In this document: in pieces, positions 23,222 through 24,000 of the stretch | Layout of the letters: each line of letters begins with the position of its first letter | How positions within the stretch are numbered: position 1 is the first letter of the stretch | NCBI GenBank assembly: GCA_964564855.1 | Contig: CAZMCE010000009.1 | Coordinates: 1-24,000, forward strand | Length of the DNA: 24,000 bases | Origin: an uncultured Thermosphaera sp. | GTDB lineage: Archaea > Thermoproteota > Thermoprotei_A > Sulfolobales > Desulfurococcaceae | Direction of reading: 5' to 3' | Notes under the pieces: model-generated | The model's database searches: none | What the model was told of the DNA's origin: nothing | What the model saw: only the letters and a program-made list of their open reading frames with translations | Made by a program: the position numbers and the translations under genes

Positions 23222-24000
23222 CTATCTCAATTTCACACCGTCCTTTCTGAGCTCTTCGAGGAAATTATCTATAAGCCTATCGATATCTGAATCGGTAAAT
23301 ATCTTACCTCTTCTCTTAATTTCTGCAGCCCACATTCTAATAACTCTGGTTGGAGAGCCTAAGAGCCCTACTTTAGAGGGATCTATGGAGACATCGTCAA
23401 CATTCCACACGGTTATATGCTTCCTCCTAGCTGTAATTACATCACGTAGTGTAGGTATACGTGGTGTATAACTAGTACCAGCTATAGTTAACACTGCCGG
23501 CATCTTAACTCTAATAACCATATAACCCCCCTCGATTAACTTCTTAACCTTAACATAACCCTCACCCACTTCTAGTATCCTATCAACATATGAGACACTT
23601 GGAAACCCTAACCACTCCGCCACCTCGGGACCTATATGAGCTGTATTACTATCAGAAGATTCAACGCCACATAAAATCAAATCTACTTTACCTAGCTTAC
23701 TCCAAAGCTTTCTCACTACCATGCTAAGAGCATAAGAAGTAGCTAGAGTATCAGACCCAGCTAGCCTCGGATCGCTAAGTAAAATAAACTCGTCAACCCC
23801 CATAGCTAAGGCTTCCCTAAGAGCGTCTACAGCATGTGGAGGAGCCATAGAAACACCAATAACAATACCACCTAAAACTTCCCTGAGTTGTAAGGCAGCC
23901 TCGACAGCATACTTATCATAAGGATTCATAACTAACTTCATTGATAATCTATCAAGAGTTCCATCAGGCTTAAACTTTGGAGGCTCCTTAGGGTCTGGAA
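23222..24000 (-). CDS. etfB: Electron transfer flavoprotein beta subunit (5' end outside window)
   Basis: The reading frame stays open upstream of the listed Met to the window edge (..PDPKEPPKFKPDGTLDRLSMKLVMNPYDKYAVEAAL), so the N-terminus is truncated. EtfB motifs are NPYDKYAVEAALQLRE and DLILCGVESSDSNTAHIGPEVAEWLGFP. Confidence 0.88.
   Translation of the reverse strand, partial: PDPKEPPKFKPDGTLDRLSMKLVMNPYDKYAVEAALQLREVLGGIVIGVSMAPPHAVDALREALAMGVDEFILLSDPRLAGSDTLATSYALSMVVRKLWSKLGKVDLILCGVESSDSNTAHIGPEVAEWLGFPSVSYVDRILEVGEGYVKVKKLIEGGYMVIRVKMPAVLTIAGTSYTPRIPTLRDVITARRKHITVWNVDDVSIDPSKVGLLGSPTRVIRMWAAEIKRRGKIFTDSDIDRLIDNFLEELRKDGVKLR

Noticed and set aside
1-24000. Search for CRISPR repeats, IS elements or transposases, integrases, tRNA/rRNA genes, toxin-antitoxin pairs and defence-system genes
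   Set aside because: No regularly spaced direct repeats, terminal inverted repeats or recombinase-like ORFs are visible. All gaps are 208 bp or shorter and contain only promoter- or terminator-like AT-rich sequence, too short and unstructured for tRNA or rRNA genes.

Overview
Densely packed window with 20 genes, under 5% intergenic by my tally of the ORF gaps. It reads as a thermophile-style archaeal locus: AT-rich, AGA/AGG/ATA codons, E/K/I/V-rich proteins, GGTG-type SD motifs and TATA-like boxes. No rRNA, tRNA, CRISPR array, transposase, integrase or recognisable defence gene is visible. The core (9673-20749, minus strand) is a complete archaeal five-subunit acetyl-CoA decarbonylase/synthase operon, cooT-cooC-cdhABCDE. 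A RACo-type corrinoid reductive activase, a second cooC and a DUF3786 gene follow it. To the left lie a fused ADP-forming acetyl-CoA synthetase with an orphan Pta N-terminal (P-loop/DRTGG) domain protein, and an adk / MetF-like reductase / MtdA-type dehydrogenase operon. An ATP-grasp ligase with a second RACo paralogue sits at the left edge. To the right are a bacterial-type thiolase and etfBA, with etfB running off the window. Overall this is an acetyl-CoA / Wood-Ljungdahl hub, and I cannot tell its direction (reductive or oxidative) from sequence. I see no clearly new 'system' in the defence or mobile sense. The most interesting items are uncharacterised or unusually placed accessories: the orphan PtaN protein coupled to ACD, two RACo paralogues in an archaeal cdh context, DUF3786, an apparently F420-independent MetF-like + MtdA methyl-branch pair, and a shared tail/head motif between CdhC and CdhD. 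All family calls come from motif recognition by eye and need HMM or BLAST confirmation.
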